Source: an uncultured Actinomycetes bacterium
Lineage (GTDB): Bacteria > Actinomycetota > Thermoleophilia > UBA2241
Direction: 5' to 3'
DNA length: 64,000 nt
Assembly (NCBI GenBank): GCA_963709345.1
Contig: CAVPVX010000007.1
Location: forward strand, 32,001-96,000
Made by a program: the position numbers and the translations under genes. Shown here in pieces: positions 50,791 to 60,045 of the stretch. A model generated the notes under the pieces. It ran no database searches. It was not told where the DNA came from and saw only the letters and a list, made by a program, of their open reading frames with translations. Each line of letters begins with the position of its first letter. Within the stretch, counting starts at the first letter, position 1.

Positions 50791-51649
50791 CGCGGCGGTC
50801 GAAGAGCTTCTCCTCGACGTTCTGGTAGAACGACCCCTCGCTCTGCATCAGCAGCCGCGCGACCTGCGGGCCCGCGGCGATGCGGACCTCGTCACCGCAG
50901 CACATCCGGCCGACGATCTCGCCGTCCACGACCACCTCGGCCTCCTGCAACGGCGAGACGTTGCGCGCGCTGATCACGTGGTCGGGGCGCAGCACGACGG
51001 GGCGAAAGCCCAGCGAGTGCGGGGCGATGAAGTTGAGCACGAGCACGTCGGCGTTCCACTCGACGATGGGGCCGCCGCACGACAGGTTGTAGGCGGTGGA
51101 CCCCGTCGGCGAGGCGATGATGAGACCGTCACAGAACATGCTCCCCACGGTGACGCCGGCGACCTCATACTCCAACTGCAGCACGTGGCGAGGCGCGACC
51201 CGGCTGAGGATGACGTCGTTCACGGCGCTGAAGCGCTCGCCGTTCAGGTGGACGTCGACGGTCAGCAGCTCGATGACGCGGTAGTCGCCACCCAGGATCG
51301 CCTCCAGCCCGGCCATCCACCCCTCGCGGGGCAACGAAGCGAGAAAGCCTACGTTCCCGTAGTTGACGCCCAAGGTGGGTACGACACTGCCGAGCAGCCG
51401 GCCGAGGCTCCGCAGGATGGTCCCGTCGCCGCCGAAGACGAGGCACAGGTCGGCGGTCCGCAGGCCGGCCTCGTCGACGAGCGCGTAGCCCAGTTCGCCC
51501 GCGCCTCGGTGCTTGGCGGCTTCGTCGGCAGGGATCAGCAGCTCGATGCCGAGAGGGCCGGCGGCCGCGGCCAGATCCGCAAGGGCAGCCGCCGTGGCGT
51601 CGGCGAACACGTGCGTGAGCACGGCGACCCGCCGCAGCGGCTCAGCCAT
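50780..51649 (-). CDS. nadK: NAD kinase
   Basis: GGDGTIL, GNVGFL, AVND, DGLIIASPTGSTAYNLSCGGP. Confidence 0.97.
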   Translation of the reverse strand: MAEPLRRVAVLTHVFADATAAALADLAAAAGPLGIELLIPADEAAKHRGAGELGYALVDEAGLRTADLCLVFGGDGTILRSLGRLLGSVVPTLGVNYGNVGFLASLPREGWMAGLEAILGGDYRVIELLTVDVHLNGERFSAVNDVILSRVAPRHVLQLEYEVAGVTVGSMFCDGLIIASPTGSTAYNLSCGGPIVEWNADVLVLNFIAPHSLGFRPVVLRPDHVISARNVSPLQEAEVVVDGEIVGRMCCGDEVRIAAGPQVARLLMQSEGSFYQNVEEKLFDRRDAR

Positions 51650-52439
51650 GAGCCGTCTCGACGGCGTGGCGGACCAGATCCGGCGCGGGCGCGGAAGCCT
51701 GCCGGCCGGCCTCCGCGTCGATGAAGAGGATGAAGTACTCCACGTTGCCCTTCGGTCCGGGATGCCCAGAGTCGCAGACACCCAGTACGGTCGCCCCGCG
51801 GCTCTCGAGCCAGCCGGCGACCTTCTCGAGGACGTCGCGGTGGACGGCGGCGTCTCGGACCACCCCGCCCTTACCGACGCGCTCCCGCCCCGCCTCGAAC
51901 TGCGGCTTCACGAGCACGAGGCCGCGATAGCCTCTGCGCAGGCATTCTAGCACCGGGTCCAGCGCGAGCGTCAGAGAGATGAACGACAGGTCCGCGGTGA
52001 CGAACGAGGGCGCGAACGGGAGACGTTCCGCCGTGAGCTCCCTCGCGTTCGTGCGCTCGAGGACGGTGACGCGCGAATCCTCGCGCAGGCGCCAGTCGAG
52101 CTGCCCGTACCCGACGTCGACGGCCACGACGCGCGCCGCCCCGCCCTGCAGCAGGCGGTCGACGAAGCCACCGGTGGAGCTTCCGAGGTCGACGACGTCC
52201 TCGCCCGAGACTTCGACGTCAAGAGCAGCCATGGCGTGGTCGAGCTTGTCGCCGCCGCGCGAGACGAAGCGTCGCCGCGCGGCCACGGCGACGGCGGCCG
52301 CCGCATCCACGGGAGCGCCCGGCTTGTCCACCAGGCGCCCGTCCACCGTGACCTCACCCGCCATGACCGCGGCCCGCGCCTGCGTGCGCGACTCGAAGAA
52401 GCCGCGGGAAACGAGCACGACGTCGAGGCGCTCGCGCAC
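51642..52439 (-). CDS. tlyA: TlyA family rRNA methyltransferase
   Basis: S4 domain, FVSRGGDKL, DLGSSTGGF, DLSFISL, KPQFE, GPKGNVEY. Confidence 0.97.
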   Translation of the reverse strand: MRERLDVVLVSRGFFESRTQARAAVMAGEVTVDGRLVDKPGAPVDAAAAVAVAARRRFVSRGGDKLDHAMAALDVEVSGEDVVDLGSSTGGFVDRLLQGGAARVVAVDVGYGQLDWRLREDSRVTVLERTNARELTAERLPFAPSFVTADLSFISLTLALDPVLECLRRGYRGLVLVKPQFEAGRERVGKGGVVRDAAVHRDVLEKVAGWLESRGATVLGVCDSGHPGPKGNVEYFILFIDAEAGRQASAPAPDLVRHAVETAHG

Positions 52440-52447
52440 CCGCGTCC

Positions 52448-54331
52448 CTACCTGACGCGCGTCAGGGACGGGCTGCCGGCGCAGGCGGCGAGGGCGACGG
52501 CTTCCGCCGTCACGCCGAGGTCGGTGAGCACCCGGGTGCGCTCGCCATGCGGGACGAAGACGTCGGGCAGCCCGACGCGGACCACGTCGGCGGACGACCC
52601 GACCACTTCGAGGACCGCGCTGCCGAAGCCGCCGGTGAGCACGTTCTCCTCGATGGTGACGAGACGCCGGTGGGTGTTCGCCAATTCCTTCACGAGATCG
52701 GCGTCGAGCGGCTTGACGAAGCGCGCGTCCACGACGGTCGGCGAGTGTCCCTCCGCTTCGAGCAGCGCGGCGGCATCACGAGCGATGCCGACGCCGGTCC
52801 CGATGCCGATGAGCGCGACGTCCCGACCCTGCTGCAGCACCACGCCGCGCCCCACCTCGACCGGCTCCGGGACCTCGGCCGGGACGAACGGCGCGGCGAG
52901 GCCGCGCGGGTAGCGAAGCGCGGCCGGGCCGTCGAGCGTGAGTGCCGTGGCGAGCATGCGCTGCAGTTCATCCTGGCTCGACGGCGCCATCACCGTCATG
53001 CCGGGGATGATCCGCAGGAAAGAGAGGTCGAAGGCGCCGTGGTGCGTCGGGCCGTCGTCGCCGACCAGCCCGGCACGGTCGACTGCGAAGACCACCGGCA
53101 GTGCCTGCAGGCCGATGTCCTGGACGAGCATGTCGAAGGTCCGCTGCAAGAAGGTCGAGTAGAGCGCGACCACCGGGCGCATACCCCCGATGGCCAGGCC
53201 GGCCGCGAACACGGCGGCGTGCTCTTCGGCGATGCCGACGTCGTAGAAGCGGTCGGGGAACCGCCGTTCGAAGCCCTCGAGTCCGGTTCCCTGCGTCATG
53301 GCGGCGGTGATCGCGACGATGCGCTCGTCGCGCTCGGCCAGGCGCACCAGCGCCTCACCGAACGCGTCGGTGTAGGTGCTGCCGGCGGCCGCCGCCTTCC
53401 GCACGCCGTTGCCGAGGTCGAAGGGTCCGGTCCCATGGAAGGTGTCCGGGTGCGCCTCCGCCGGCTCGTAGCCCTTGCCCTTGACCGTCTTGACGTGGAC
53501 GACCACGGGGCGGCGCGTGTCTATCGCCTGACGGATGCTCTCACGCAGTGCGTGCATGTCGTGGCCGTCGACGACGCCGATGTAGGCGAAGCCAAGCTCC
53601 TCGAACAGCATTCCGGGCACGAGCAGCGCCTTCATCGACTCCTTGACGTCCTTGCCGAGCCGGTAGGCCTGCTGTCCGATCGCCGGGATCCTGGCGACAC
53701 CGCGCTCAATGTCCTCCCGGAGCCGCGTCAGCGTCGGATCGAGCCGGATGCGGTTCAGGTAGAGCTGCAGCGCGCCGACGTTGGCGCGGATCGACATCTC
53801 GTTGTCGTTGATCACGACGACCAGTGGCGTGCGCAGGTGGCCGGCCTGGTTCAGCGCTTCGAAGGCGACCCCTCCGGTGAGCGCGCCGTCCCCGAGCACA
53901 CAGACCACGCTGCCGGCGCCCTCGCGCGCCAGGCGCTCCGCCTCGACCAGACCGAGGCCGTAGCTGATGGAGGTCGAGGCGTGGCCGGTGCCGATCACGT
54001 CGTGAGGCGACTCGGTCCGGCACGGGAAGCCGGAGAGACCGCCGTACTGGCGCATGGTCCCAAAGCGCTCGCGACGACCGGTGAGCAGCTTGTGCGCATA
54101 GCACTGGTGGCCCACGTCCCAGACTATCTTGTCGCGCGGGCTCTGGAGGATGCTGTGCAGGGCGACGGTCAGCTCGACCGTGCCGAGACTGGCGGCAAGG
54201 TGCCCCCCGGTCTCGCTCACGCAGGAGAGGATGGCCTCGCGGACCTCGTCGGCGAGCAGCGTCAGCTCACGCTCGGAATACTGCTGGAGGTCGGCGGGGT
54301 CGGAGATCTTGTCCAGATACCGCATCGTCAC
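52448..54331 (-). CDS. dxs: 1-deoxy-D-xylulose-5-phosphate synthase
   Basis: GGHLAASLG, WDVGHQ, GHASTSIS, GDGALTGG..EALN, DVGIAEEHA, DGPTHHG. Confidence 0.99.
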   Translation of the reverse strand: MTMRYLDKISDPADLQQYSERELTLLADEVREAILSCVSETGGHLAASLGTVELTVALHSILQSPRDKIVWDVGHQCYAHKLLTGRRERFGTMRQYGGLSGFPCRTESPHDVIGTGHASTSISYGLGLVEAERLAREGAGSVVCVLGDGALTGGVAFEALNQAGHLRTPLVVVINDNEMSIRANVGALQLYLNRIRLDPTLTRLREDIERGVARIPAIGQQAYRLGKDVKESMKALLVPGMLFEELGFAYIGVVDGHDMHALRESIRQAIDTRRPVVVHVKTVKGKGYEPAEAHPDTFHGTGPFDLGNGVRKAAAAGSTYTDAFGEALVRLAERDERIVAITAAMTQGTGLEGFERRFPDRFYDVGIAEEHAAVFAAGLAIGGMRPVVALYSTFLQRTFDMLVQDIGLQALPVVFAVDRAGLVGDDGPTHHGAFDLSFLRIIPGMTVMAPSSQDELQRMLATALTLDGPAALRYPRGLAAPFVPAEVPEPVEVGRGVVLQQGRDVALIGIGTGVGIARDAAALLEAEGHSPTVVDARFVKPLDADLVKELANTHRRLVTIEENVLTGGFGSAVLEVVGSSADVVRVGLPDVFVPHGERTRVLTDLGVTAEAVALAACAGSPSLTRVR

Positions 54332-54374
54332 CGGAGTATAGCACCGGCATCTCGTGGACCGACCGGCAGGGGGG

Positions 54375-55253
54375 TCAGCACCGCCGCTGGTGGATGTACG
54401 CGGTCACGGCGAACAGGTCGGGCGCGCGGTCGGGGAGCTCCCGCAGCAGATCACGCGCCCGCGCTTCAGCCTGGTCGGCCAACTCGGCCGCGCGCTCCAT
54501 GCCGAACCACGAGACGTACGTCGCCTTGTCCTGGGCACGGTCCTTGCCGACGCTCTTGCCGAGCTCCGCAGCCGCGCCGGTCTCGTCAAGGATGTCGTCG
54601 ACGATCTGGAACAGCAGGCCGAGTTCGGCGGCGTAGGCGCGATACGGCGTCACATCGTCCGCGCCGGTGAGCAGGGCCCCGCAGACGACCGCAGCCTCTA
54701 TCAGCCGTCCCGTCTTGAGCGCATGCAGGGTGCGCAGGTCGTCGTCGCCCGCGGCCGCCCCGGCCACGTCCATGTACTGCCCGCCGACCATGCCCTGCAC
54801 GCCGGTGGCTCGGGAGATCTCGGCGGCCGCGGCGAGCACCCGTTCCGGCTCGCCGTGCTGGCCCGTCAGCAGCAGACGGAAGGCCTCGGCGAAGAGCCCG
54901 TCGCCGGCAAGGATGGCGATGTCCTCGCCGTAGGCGACGTGGCACGTCGGGCGGCCGCGCCGTAACGTATCGTCGTCGATGGCCGGCAGATCGTCGTGGA
55001 TCAGGGAGTACGTGTGGATGAGCTCGAAGGCGCAGGCCGCGGGCAGGACCGAACGCGGGTCGGCGCCGCGGCTGCGAGCCGTCGCCAGCGTGAGGACCGG
55101 GCGGATGCGCTTGCCGCCGGCGAGAAGCGAATAGCGCATCGCCTCGGCGAGCGTGGCGGCGCGTGGGTCGGCGCCGAAGTCGAGCCGCCGAAGATGCGTC
55201 TCGACGAGCTCGAGCAGATCGGCGGGGTAGCCGGCCGCCGGGTCGCCGTTCAC
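54375..55253 (-). CDS. ispA: Polyprenyl (farnesyl/geranyl) diphosphate synthase
   Basis: GGKRIRP, SLIHDDLPAIDDD..RRGRPT, FQIVDDILD, GKSVGKD. Confidence 0.96.
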   Translation of the reverse strand: MNGDPAAGYPADLLELVETHLRRLDFGADPRAATLAEAMRYSLLAGGKRIRPVLTLATARSRGADPRSVLPAACAFELIHTYSLIHDDLPAIDDDTLRRGRPTCHVAYGEDIAILAGDGLFAEAFRLLLTGQHGEPERVLAAAAEISRATGVQGMVGGQYMDVAGAAAGDDDLRTLHALKTGRLIEAAVVCGALLTGADDVTPYRAYAAELGLLFQIVDDILDETGAAAELGKSVGKDRAQDKATYVSWFGMERAAELADQAEARARDLLRELPDRAPDLFAVTAYIHQRRC

Positions 55254-55263
55254 GGCCGCCGCC

Positions 55264-55476
55264 TCACCCCGCGACGCGGCCCAGGCGTTCGAGCAGCCGG
55301 CCGGCCTCTTCGACCTGCTCGGTCGCCCGCTCGAGAAGGCTCATCTCGACCTCCGGGGACGATGCCGCTGCGAGGCGCGGCTCGAGCTCCTCGAGCTGGC
55401 GCAGGGTCTCACGCAGTCGCGCCAGCGCCTCCGCCCTCGACCTCGCGGTCGCCTTGTCAGTCGTTGCGTCCGCCAT
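55264..55476 (-). CDS. Small helical protein, XseB-like by position
   Basis: 70 aa of amphipathic helices (AEALARLRETLRQLEE...) directly upstream of ispA. RBS GAGGG. Confidence 0.55.
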   Translation of the reverse strand: MADATTDKATARSRAEALARLRETLRQLEELEPRLAAASSPEVEMSLLERATEQVEEAGRLLERLGRVAG

Positions 55477-55888
55477 CGTCACCCTCCCGGTCGCGCAACA
55501 CGCCTCCGAGGATCCCATTGACGAGCACCCCGGCTTCATCCGTCGAGTACCGTTTCGCGAGCCGCACCGCCTCGTCGATCGCGACTTCCGGAGGCGTTGC
55601 CTCCGTCTCGATCTCCCAGAGCGCCAGGCGCAGGATGCTCCGCTCGAGCGGGGCGATGCGCTGCACCGCCCAGCTCGTCGAGTGCGCCTCGAGCTCGGCG
55701 TCAAGGTCGTCGATCCGGTCGAGCACCCCGCGTACGGCGGTCACCGTGAACTCGTCGGGCGCGTACCCCTCGCGCAGACGCTGCCCCTTGACGAGGTCGC
55801 TCATCGGCAGATCCGTGACCTCGCGCTGGTACAGCAGGAAGAGAGCGTCCCGGCGCGCCTGCTTGCGGCTGGGTGGCGCCGCCGTCAC
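55457..55888 (-). CDS. nusB: Transcription antitermination factor NusB
   Basis: RKQARRDALFLLYQ, ERSILRLA, VAIDEAVRLAKRY, VNGILG. Confidence 0.96.
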   Translation of the reverse strand: MTAAPPSRKQARRDALFLLYQREVTDLPMSDLVKGQRLREGYAPDEFTVTAVRGVLDRIDDLDAELEAHSTSWAVQRIAPLERSILRLALWEIETEATPPEVAIDEAVRLAKRYSTDEAGVLVNGILGGVLRDREGDDGGRND

Positions 55889-55910
55889 CGCTCCGCGACC
55901 CGGGTCGTCC

Positions 55911-57752
55911 TCACGCGGCCTCGATGGCGAAGAGCGGCTGGCCGTACTGCACCGTCTCACCGTCGGTCACGAGGATCTCGCGCACCACGCCGCCGACGTC
56001 GGCGGTCAGCTCGTTCATCATCTTCATCATCTCGAGGATGCACAGCGTCTGCCCGGCCTCCACCGAGTCACCGACCTCCACGAACACGGGAGCCTGCGGC
56101 GACGGCGACCGGTAGAAGGTCGCCACCCACTTCGAGCGCACCACATGGAACCCATTGGACCCGTCGTCGGCGGCGACCGCCGGAGCCGCGGCCGCGGGCT
56201 GCGGCGCCTGCGGCGCCGCCGGCGCGGCCGCTTCGGCGCCCGCCTTTCGCACCGTGATCTTGAGGTCGCCTTCTTCGATCACGACCTCGTCGACCTCGCT
56301 CTCCTCGATCATGCCGAGGATGTCCTTGACGCGGTCGGCGCTCTGCTCCAGCAGCGCCGCCCCCGGCTGCGAGGCCAGGTAGTGATCGTGCACGCCGAAC
56401 ACATCCGACTCAGGACCGACGTGGTGCCGCTCGAGGTAGGTGCGCGCCGTCTGCGGGAAGAGCGCGTAGCTCAGCAGGTCCTCCTCGGAGCGCGCCAGCG
56501 CGCCGACCTCCTCGCGGTAGTCCTCGAGCGTCTCATCGATCAAGTCCGCGGGGCGCACGCCGATGGGCTCCTCACCCTCGAGCACACGTGCCAGGACCTC
56601 CAGGGAGACTGGCCCCGGCGCGGCGCCGTACATGCCGCGCAAGTACTGCTTCATCTCGTCGGGGACGATGTGCCAGCGACGACCGGAGAGCACGTTGAGG
56701 ACGGCCTGGGTGCCCACGATCTGGCTCATCGGCGTGACCAGCGGCGGGAAGCCGACCTCGGCGCGGACGATCGGGATCTCCACGAGCACCTCAGGCAGGC
56801 GGTCGAGAGCGTCCTGCTCCTTGAGCTGGCTCTCGAGGTTGCTGATCATACCGCCGGGTACCTGGTGCGAATAGACCTGCATGTGCGTCAGCGACGTGAC
56901 GCCACGATCCCAGCCGCCGTCCTGCCGCACCGTCTCGAAGTACTTCGCCATCTCGAAGAGCTTCTCGAGATCGAGACCGCTGTCATACGGCGTACCGATG
57001 AGCGCAGTCACGACCATCTCGGTGGCCGGCTGCGAGTTGCCGAACGCCAGGGGTACGGTCGCCGTGTCGATGACGTCGACCCCGGCCTCCACGGCCTTCA
57101 GGTACGTCATCGGAGCCAGCCCGCCGATGTAGTGGCAGTGCAACTGGATGGGGACCTTGAGCTCCGCCTTGAGGCGGCCGACGAGCTGCTCGGCATAGAA
57201 CGGCGAGAGCAGCGCCGCCATGTCCTTGATGCAGATGGAGTCGGCGCCCATGTCGACGAGCTGGTGGGCGACGTCGACGTAGTGGTCGAGCGAGTGCACC
57301 GGCGAGATCGTGTAGACGACGGCGCCCTGGAAGTGCTTCCCGGTCTCTTTGATCGCGGCCGCGGCCGTCTCGAAGTTGCGGATGTCGTTGAGAGCGTCGA
57401 AGACACGGAAGATGTCCATGCCGTTCTCCGCCGCCTTGTAGACGAAGCGCCGCACGATGTCGTCGCCGTAGTGGCGATAGCCCACGACGTTCTGACCGCG
57501 CAGCAGCATCTGCAGCGGGGTGCGCACCACGTGCTTCTTGATGAGCCGCAGGCGCTCCCAGGGATCCTCGTCGAGGAACCGCAGCGAGGCGTCAAAGGTG
57601 GCTCCGCCCCAGCATTCGAGCGAGTTGAAGCCGATCTCGTCCATGAGCTCGAGGATCGGGAGCATCTCGTGGGTGCGCATACGCGTCGCCCACAGCGACT
57701 GGTGGCCATCGCGCAACGTGGTGTCGGTGACTCTTACCGGACGGGCTCGCAT
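55911..57752 (-). CDS. Pyruvate carboxylase subunit B/OadA-type carboxyltransferase fused to an AccB-type biotin carrier
   Basis: DTTLRDGHQSL, ECWGGATFD, QMLLRGQN, IKDMA, HQVPGGM, PPLVTPMSQIVG. C-terminal TFYRSPSP..FVEVGD..LEMMKMMNE. Confidence 0.93.
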   Translation of the reverse strand: MRARPVRVTDTTLRDGHQSLWATRMRTHEMLPILELMDEIGFNSLECWGGATFDASLRFLDEDPWERLRLIKKHVVRTPLQMLLRGQNVVGYRHYGDDIVRRFVYKAAENGMDIFRVFDALNDIRNFETAAAAIKETGKHFQGAVVYTISPVHSLDHYVDVAHQLVDMGADSICIKDMAALLSPFYAEQLVGRLKAELKVPIQLHCHYIGGLAPMTYLKAVEAGVDVIDTATVPLAFGNSQPATEMVVTALIGTPYDSGLDLEKLFEMAKYFETVRQDGGWDRGVTSLTHMQVYSHQVPGGMISNLESQLKEQDALDRLPEVLVEIPIVRAEVGFPPLVTPMSQIVGTQAVLNVLSGRRWHIVPDEMKQYLRGMYGAAPGPVSLEVLARVLEGEEPIGVRPADLIDETLEDYREEVGALARSEEDLLSYALFPQTARTYLERHHVGPESDVFGVHDHYLASQPGAALLEQSADRVKDILGMIEESEVDEVVIEEGDLKITVRKAGAEAAAPAAPQAPQPAAAAPAVAADDGSNGFHVVRSKWVATFYRSPSPQAPVFVEVGDSVEAGQTLCILEMMKMMNELTADVGGVVREILVTDGETVQYGQPLFAIEAA

Positions 57753-57774
57753 GAGGGTCTCCTGTTCCCGGCGC

Positions 57775-58341
57775 TCAGGCGCGGCCGAGATACTCGCCGG
57801 AACGGGTGTCGACCTTGACGCGCTCGCCCTCCTCGATGAACAGGGGGACGTGAACGGTCGCCCCCGATTCGAGCGTGGCGGGCTTGGTCGCGCCCTGGGC
57901 GGTGTTGCCCTGGACTCCCGGATCCGACTTCGTGATCAGCAACTCGACGAAGTTGGGGGCGGCGACCTCGAATGGCTCGCCGTTCAGGTACATCAGCTCG
58001 ACCTCCATGTTCTCGACGACCCAGGTGAGGGCGGCCTCGGCCATGGCCGGCGTCACCGACACCTGCTCGAAGGACTCGTTGTCCATGACGACGACCTCGT
58101 CCTCGGTCGCGTACAGAAAGGCCATCTTGCGCGACTCCGTGCGCATGCGGGCGAACTTCTCGCCGGCGCGGAACGTCTTGTCGAGCACCGCGCCGGTGGC
58201 GATGTTGCGTACCTTGGTGCGCACGAACGCGCCACCCTTGCCGGGCTTCACGTGCTGGAAATCCACGATCGTGAACGGCTGGCCCTCGATCTCGATGGCC
58301 ATACCGGTCTTGAAATGGTTGGTCGATACGACGTCTGCCAT
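57775..58341 (-). CDS. efp: Elongation factor P
   Basis: QHVKPGKGGAFVRTK, KPATLESG, VPLFIEEG. Confidence 0.99.
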   Translation of the reverse strand: MADVVSTNHFKTGMAIEIEGQPFTIVDFQHVKPGKGGAFVRTKVRNIATGAVLDKTFRAGEKFARMRTESRKMAFLYATEDEVVVMDNESFEQVSVTPAMAEAALTWVVENMEVELMYLNGEPFEVAAPNFVELLITKSDPGVQGNTAQGATKPATLESGATVHVPLFIEEGERVKVDTRSGEYLGRA

Positions 58342-58504
58342 GTGGGCCTACTCAGGGGTCGCGGGGACTGGCGTTCACAAGTGAAGGGTCATGATACCGC
58401 AAGCCCGGCCGCCTGTGCAGCGATCGGCGGGCATCCCGGGCGGCGGTAGGATCCGTTTCTCGTCGCCACTACGCCTCCCGTCGGCGCGCCACGCGGCGAC
58501 GCCT

Positions 58505-59581
58505 TCACGCGACTACCAGCAGGTCCTTCGGAGTGGTCGTCAGACTTTCGCAGCCGTTCGCCGTGACCAGGACGGTATCCTCGATGCGCACGCCGGCGAC
58601 GCCCTCGAGGTAGATTCCGGGCTCGACGGTGCAGACCATGCCCGCTTCGAGGCGGTCACCGCGAGTGCGGCCGAGGCCCGGAGCTTCATGGACGGCCAGC
58701 CCGACGCCGTGCCCCGTGCCGTGACCGAATCCCTCGCCGTAGCCGGCGTCGTCGATGACGGCGCGAGCCGCGGCATCGACGTCGCGGCGGCCGTGTGCGC
58801 CGTCACGGACGGCGGCCAGCCCTGCGAGTTGAGCCTCGAGCACAACGTCGTAGACGCGGCGCAACTCCGCGGCCGGCTCCCCCGTCGCGTACGTGCGCGT
58901 GATGTCGCTGCAGTACCCCGCGACGCGCGCGCCTGTGTCGACGACGACGAGCTCTCCCGCCGCGATGACTCTCTCGCCGGGCAGCGCGTGCGCCTGGGCG
59001 CCGTGAGCGCCGGCGGCGACGATCGCGGGGAACGCCTCGCCCTCCGCGCCGAGGCGGTGGTACTCGGCCTGAAGATCCCACGCCACGTCGCGCTCGCACC
59101 GCCCGACCAGACCGCGGCCGATCACCGCGGCGAGCGCCTCGTCGGTGACGGCGGCGGCCCGGCGCAGGGCCGCGACCTCCGTCGCGTCCTTCACGGCGCG
59201 AAGCCGCGAGACGCGGGCGCCCACGTCGCGAAGACCGCCGCGGTGTACGCGCCGCACGCGCCGGTAGCCGGCGTGACTGATGTCGTCGCCCTGGTAGCCC
59301 AGCCGGGCGGCGGGCCCAAGGGCCTCAGCCGCCCGCGCACTGTGCGCCAACAGATCACCGCCCGTCACCTCGCTCAGCGAGAACTCCGCGACCTCCTCGC
59401 GCACCTGCTCCCAGAAGCGTGAGTCTGTGCAGATGAAGGCCGCCTCGGCGCCCACGACGAGCGTCGCGTCCTCACCGCGGAAGCCGGAGAGATAGCGCAC
59501 GTCCACGGGGTCGGTCACGAGGATCCCGTCGAGCCCGAGGTCCTTGACGACATCGCGGCAGCGGCGGAGTCGGGAGGTCAC
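58505..59581 (-). CDS. Xaa-Pro aminopeptidase/dipeptidase (M24)
   Basis: YCSDITRT, HGTGHGVGLAVHEAP, TVEPGIY, GVRIED. Confidence 0.95.
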   Translation of the reverse strand: MTSRLRRCRDVVKDLGLDGILVTDPVDVRYLSGFRGEDATLVVGAEAAFICTDSRFWEQVREEVAEFSLSEVTGGDLLAHSARAAEALGPAARLGYQGDDISHAGYRRVRRVHRGGLRDVGARVSRLRAVKDATEVAALRRAAAVTDEALAAVIGRGLVGRCERDVAWDLQAEYHRLGAEGEAFPAIVAAGAHGAQAHALPGERVIAAGELVVVDTGARVAGYCSDITRTYATGEPAAELRRVYDVVLEAQLAGLAAVRDGAHGRRDVDAAARAVIDDAGYGEGFGHGTGHGVGLAVHEAPGLGRTRGDRLEAGMVCTVEPGIYLEGVAGVRIEDTVLVTANGCESLTTTPKDLLVVA

Positions 59582-60045
59582 GGGCGCTCTCCCTTATGCA
59601 CGAGTGCCGCCAGCGCCGCTACGGCCTCGGCGTAGCCCCGCGGCCCCTTGCCGGAGACACGCACGTCGACCACGTCGGCGATCACCGAGACCCGCCTCCA
59701 GGGCTCCCGTCGCTCGACGTCCGACAGGTGCACCTCGGCGATGGGCGCGTCGACCAGTTCGAGCGCGTCCCGAAGCGCGTAGCTGTAGTGCGTCCAGGCC
59801 CCGGGGTTCACGATCACGGCCCCGGCGCCCTCACAGGAGAGCTGATGGAGCTTCTCCACCAGATCGCCCTCGTGGTTCGTCTGATAGGAGTGGACGACGA
59901 AACCCCGCTCCTCGCCGCACTCCCTCACGTAGTCTTCCAGCTCGGGAAGCGTCAGCGTCCCGTACACGTCGGGGTCCCTCTGCCCGAGCATGTCGAGGTT
60001 GACGCCGTGCAGCACCCACAACGTCTTCAGCGTCGCGTCAGCCAT
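59578..60045 (-). CDS. aroQ: Type II 3-dehydroquinate dehydratase
   Basis: HGVNLDMLGQRDP..YG, QTNHEG, NPGAWTHYSYALRDA, EVHLS. Confidence 0.96.
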   Translation of the reverse strand: MADATLKTLWVLHGVNLDMLGQRDPDVYGTLTLPELEDYVRECGEERGFVVHSYQTNHEGDLVEKLHQLSCEGAGAVIVNPGAWTHYSYALRDALELVDAPIAEVHLSDVERREPWRRVSVIADVVDVRVSGKGPRGYAEAVAALAALVHKGERP

